A DNA stretch of 64,000 bases from Trichodelitschia bisporula (taxonomy: Eukaryota). The position numbers and the translations under genes were made by a program. This document shows, one piece after another, positions 61,413 through 64,000 of this stretch; the stretch's first letter is position 1, and the number at the start of each line of letters is the position of its first letter. Below the pieces are notes generated by a model, which saw only the letters and a list, made by a program, of their open reading frames with translations, had not been told where the DNA came from and did no database searches. The stretch covers positions 877,061-941,060 of the forward strand of contig ML996695.1 of NCBI GenBank assembly GCA_010356995.1, read 5' to 3'.

Positions 61413-61851
61413 TGGGCGTTAGTACGGATGACGGGATACTGGTTAACGGGCATCGGATATGGATTATGAGATACGGGTTATGCGGCCATGATATGATAAC
61501 GCCGACATGTACTAACGTAGTAGAAAAGGACGGGTCTCACGAAGCAAGGCATTCACTAGTTTAATGTATCAATATCAAGGAAGATCATGAAATGCCTGCT
61601 GCCATTGTCACTTCTCATATCCCACCACTACCATCTACAACGTAGCACAATGCACCCTTCACGCCAGCCCCAACGACCAGAGGTAACGACGGGCCGTTCG
61701 TCCCACTAACATGCTTAACACTGAGTGGTATCAAGAAACGCGGGTTGCCGCAAACTCCCGCCGAACCCACAAAACATACACAGAAGCGAACATATGACAC
61801 GCCTTGGGGCCCCTCACCCATCGGGCATAGAGCAACTCGCTCGTCCATCCC

Positions 61852-64000
61852 TCACAGGCCCGACCGCCCATTCACCGCCGCCCGCGCCCCAATCTGCGCC
61901 TCCGCTCGCCCAATAACCTTCTTAACCTGCGTCCACTCCTCAACCTTACTCGTCTCCGTCCCCCCAAGCTCACTCCCCACCTCAAACACCGTAACCACGC
62001 CATCGAGCCCGCCGACCGCAATCTTCTTCCCCTCGTTCCTTTCCCACGCACACCGATTCAAGCTGCGCTTCAACCACGCCGCACTCCCGCCCGCGCGCTC
62101 ACTCGGCTTCACGCTCGCGACCGGGACCTCGATATCGACGTTCACGTCCCACACCTCGAGGGTGCCCGCACCGTCCACGGCTGCGAACACGCCCGGCCGG
62201 ACGGGCGACCACTTCGCGTCGAAGACGAGGTCCTCGCGCGGAAATTCCATGACCGGGCCCTGAACGCTATTCCCGCCCGTCACAGCAGTGCCCAACGCAG
62301 CTGGCGGACGCACGCGCCACAGCTTCACACTCCAGTCCATCGACGCCGAGAGGACCAGGTCACCGAGATCGACGGGGCCGCGCGCGGGGTGGAAGTCTAG
62401 CGACATGACCGGGGCGGCATGGCCGGTATACCGCACGCGAGCATCGACGCCTGCTTTCGCACCCGCACGCTCGTAGCGGTGGCAGGCGTAAACGGTGCCT
62501 TCCTCCGTGCCGGCGAGGAAGTAAGTAGGATCCGCTTGGGGGAAGGCGATGCAGAGCGGGGCGATGTCTTCCGTTTTGGAAGGGGAGGGGGCGAGGAGCT
62601 CGAGGTATTCCTGGGGCTGGGCGAGCATGTCGATGGACCAGGAGCAGACTACGCCATCGGTGCTGCAGCTGATGATGTTGTTTGCGTTTTGGGTGCCGAC
62701 GATGTCGAGGCTGTAGATTGGGTGGGTGTGGCCTGCGCCTGTCAGGGGCGTTTTTTGTACTGGTGCTGTCGACTTGGAGCGCGTGTCCCAGAGGAGGACT
62801 TGGCCGCTGTAGCAGCCGCCGACGATGATGGAGGGGTGGAAGGGGGAGAATTTGGCGGTGAGGATGTCGGAGCTGGCGTGGAAGGTGTATTCGGGTCGAG
62901 AAGGCATATGCGCATTCCATATCTGTAGCAGGCCAGACGGATCGTGAGGCGCGGACGGATTCTTGGTGTAGGCCGCAAGTAGCAGCTCGGGGTACTGCAA
63001 TAGTTAGTCAAAGGGAACTGGCGCTGTAAGAGGCACAAACCTTGGGAGAGAATCCAAGGTCGCTGATCATGCGCTTTTTACTCCATCTCTCATCCCAATA
63101 CTGCGCAACCTCCTTTACTCTCCTGCCCTTCTTCACGCGACCCGCTCCGTAACCCTCATCGTCCTCATCCAAGTCGCCTTTGCCCTGGGTGTAGTCGATG
63201 AGGAGGTCGTACTGCTCGTCCAACGCCCTCTCGATGACCTTTGTAGACTGGTCTATGAAGTCTTGGAAATCCCGTGAGCCTGAAACCGCCTCGAGTTCGT
63301 CCGTTGAGAGTGTCCGCGCTGGAAAGCGCTCCAGCTGTTTGGCGTCCGCTGCCGCTTCATCTGCGGGCTTGACGGCAGATTTGACTTCCTCCTCAATCTC
63401 CTTCCTCAGCTCTTGCCGTATCTGCTCCAGCCTATCCTTCTGCCTTCGTCTCCTGGGCGAGCGCCCATCCCCAAGCCAGTCCTCGTCGTCTGAGTCCGGC
63501 TCGTTGTGCCGCCGTTGAGGCTCCCAGTCATCGACCGTTTGCACCGCTTTGCTGTAGGTAACGATCTCGGGCGCTGGCGCCGCGTCTCCAGGGTCCTCAT
63601 AGACGGTATGTAGCGGGGCAACGGAGAGCGTCTGGGTCCCAGAAGCGACGTACGTGGATTCAGACTGCACTGACGCGCCGGCTTGCGACTGGGGCTCATC
63701 GCTACCGCTCGACAGCCGCGGTGTGCTCACCAGGCGGTCATCGCTGAAGGGTCGTGAGCTAACCACGCTCCCGGGTCGACTCCGGCTACCTCCCCGTGGG
63801 CTTGCGGTCTCGCGGGGGCCAACTGAGCTGGAGCGGCTCTCTCCAAGCACACTCGTGAGGATATCGTCAATGTCTCTTTGTCTGGCGGCACGGTTAGGCG
63901 TAGGCTGGATGAGCTATGGAAGCGTTAGCAAGCCAAATGCCAGGAAAGCAGCCGTGGCAGAATAGCAAGCTTACGTCTGCGTGCTCGCCCGACGCTTGCC
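61852..64000 (-). CDS. nudI: Cytoplasmic dynein intermediate chain (5' end beyond the window)
   Basis: VTYSKAVQT light-chain site, F.DFID.STKVIERAL, WD40 repeats (GGCYSGQVLLWD, GHTHP, VGTQNANNIIS, SMDWSVKLW); introns 62995-63040 and 63914-63974. Confidence 0.96.

Overview
Gene-dense, intron-containing eukaryotic DNA from a filamentous ascomycete (Pezizomycotina-type short 42-70 nt introns with GTRNGY donors, CTRAC branch points and YAG acceptors). About 23 protein-coding genes can be supported. In order: a DOMON/CDH-type cytochrome gene (truncated, missed by the ORF track) head-to-head with an AA9 LPMO, Mpv17/PMP22, RAD17, a ~1900-aa Pro/Glu-rich coiled-coil protein, RNase T2, an uncharacterized 608-aa protein, eIF3d, COX17, ALG6, nucleolin-like NSR1, a secreted BBE/AA7-like FAD oxidase, JAC1, a phenol-hydroxylase-like monooxygenase, an HpPgdA-like CE4 hydrolase next to an APC permease, LIM-RhoGAP LRG1, RPB4, RIM15, a Cys-rich SIVA-like protein (missed by the ORF track), a ZZZ3/Ahc2-like protein and the dynein intermediate chain (truncated). 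No rRNA, tRNA, CRISPR array or intact transposon was seen. The most notable unexplained signals are non-coding: a ~1.6-kb tract (57.2-58.85 kb) with no credible protein and many nested helices (candidate long structured RNA, telomerase RNA possible but unproven), and a ~390-nt 5'-UTR intron of NSR1 holding a structured element with box C/D motifs. All family assignments are from motif recognition by eye, not database searches.
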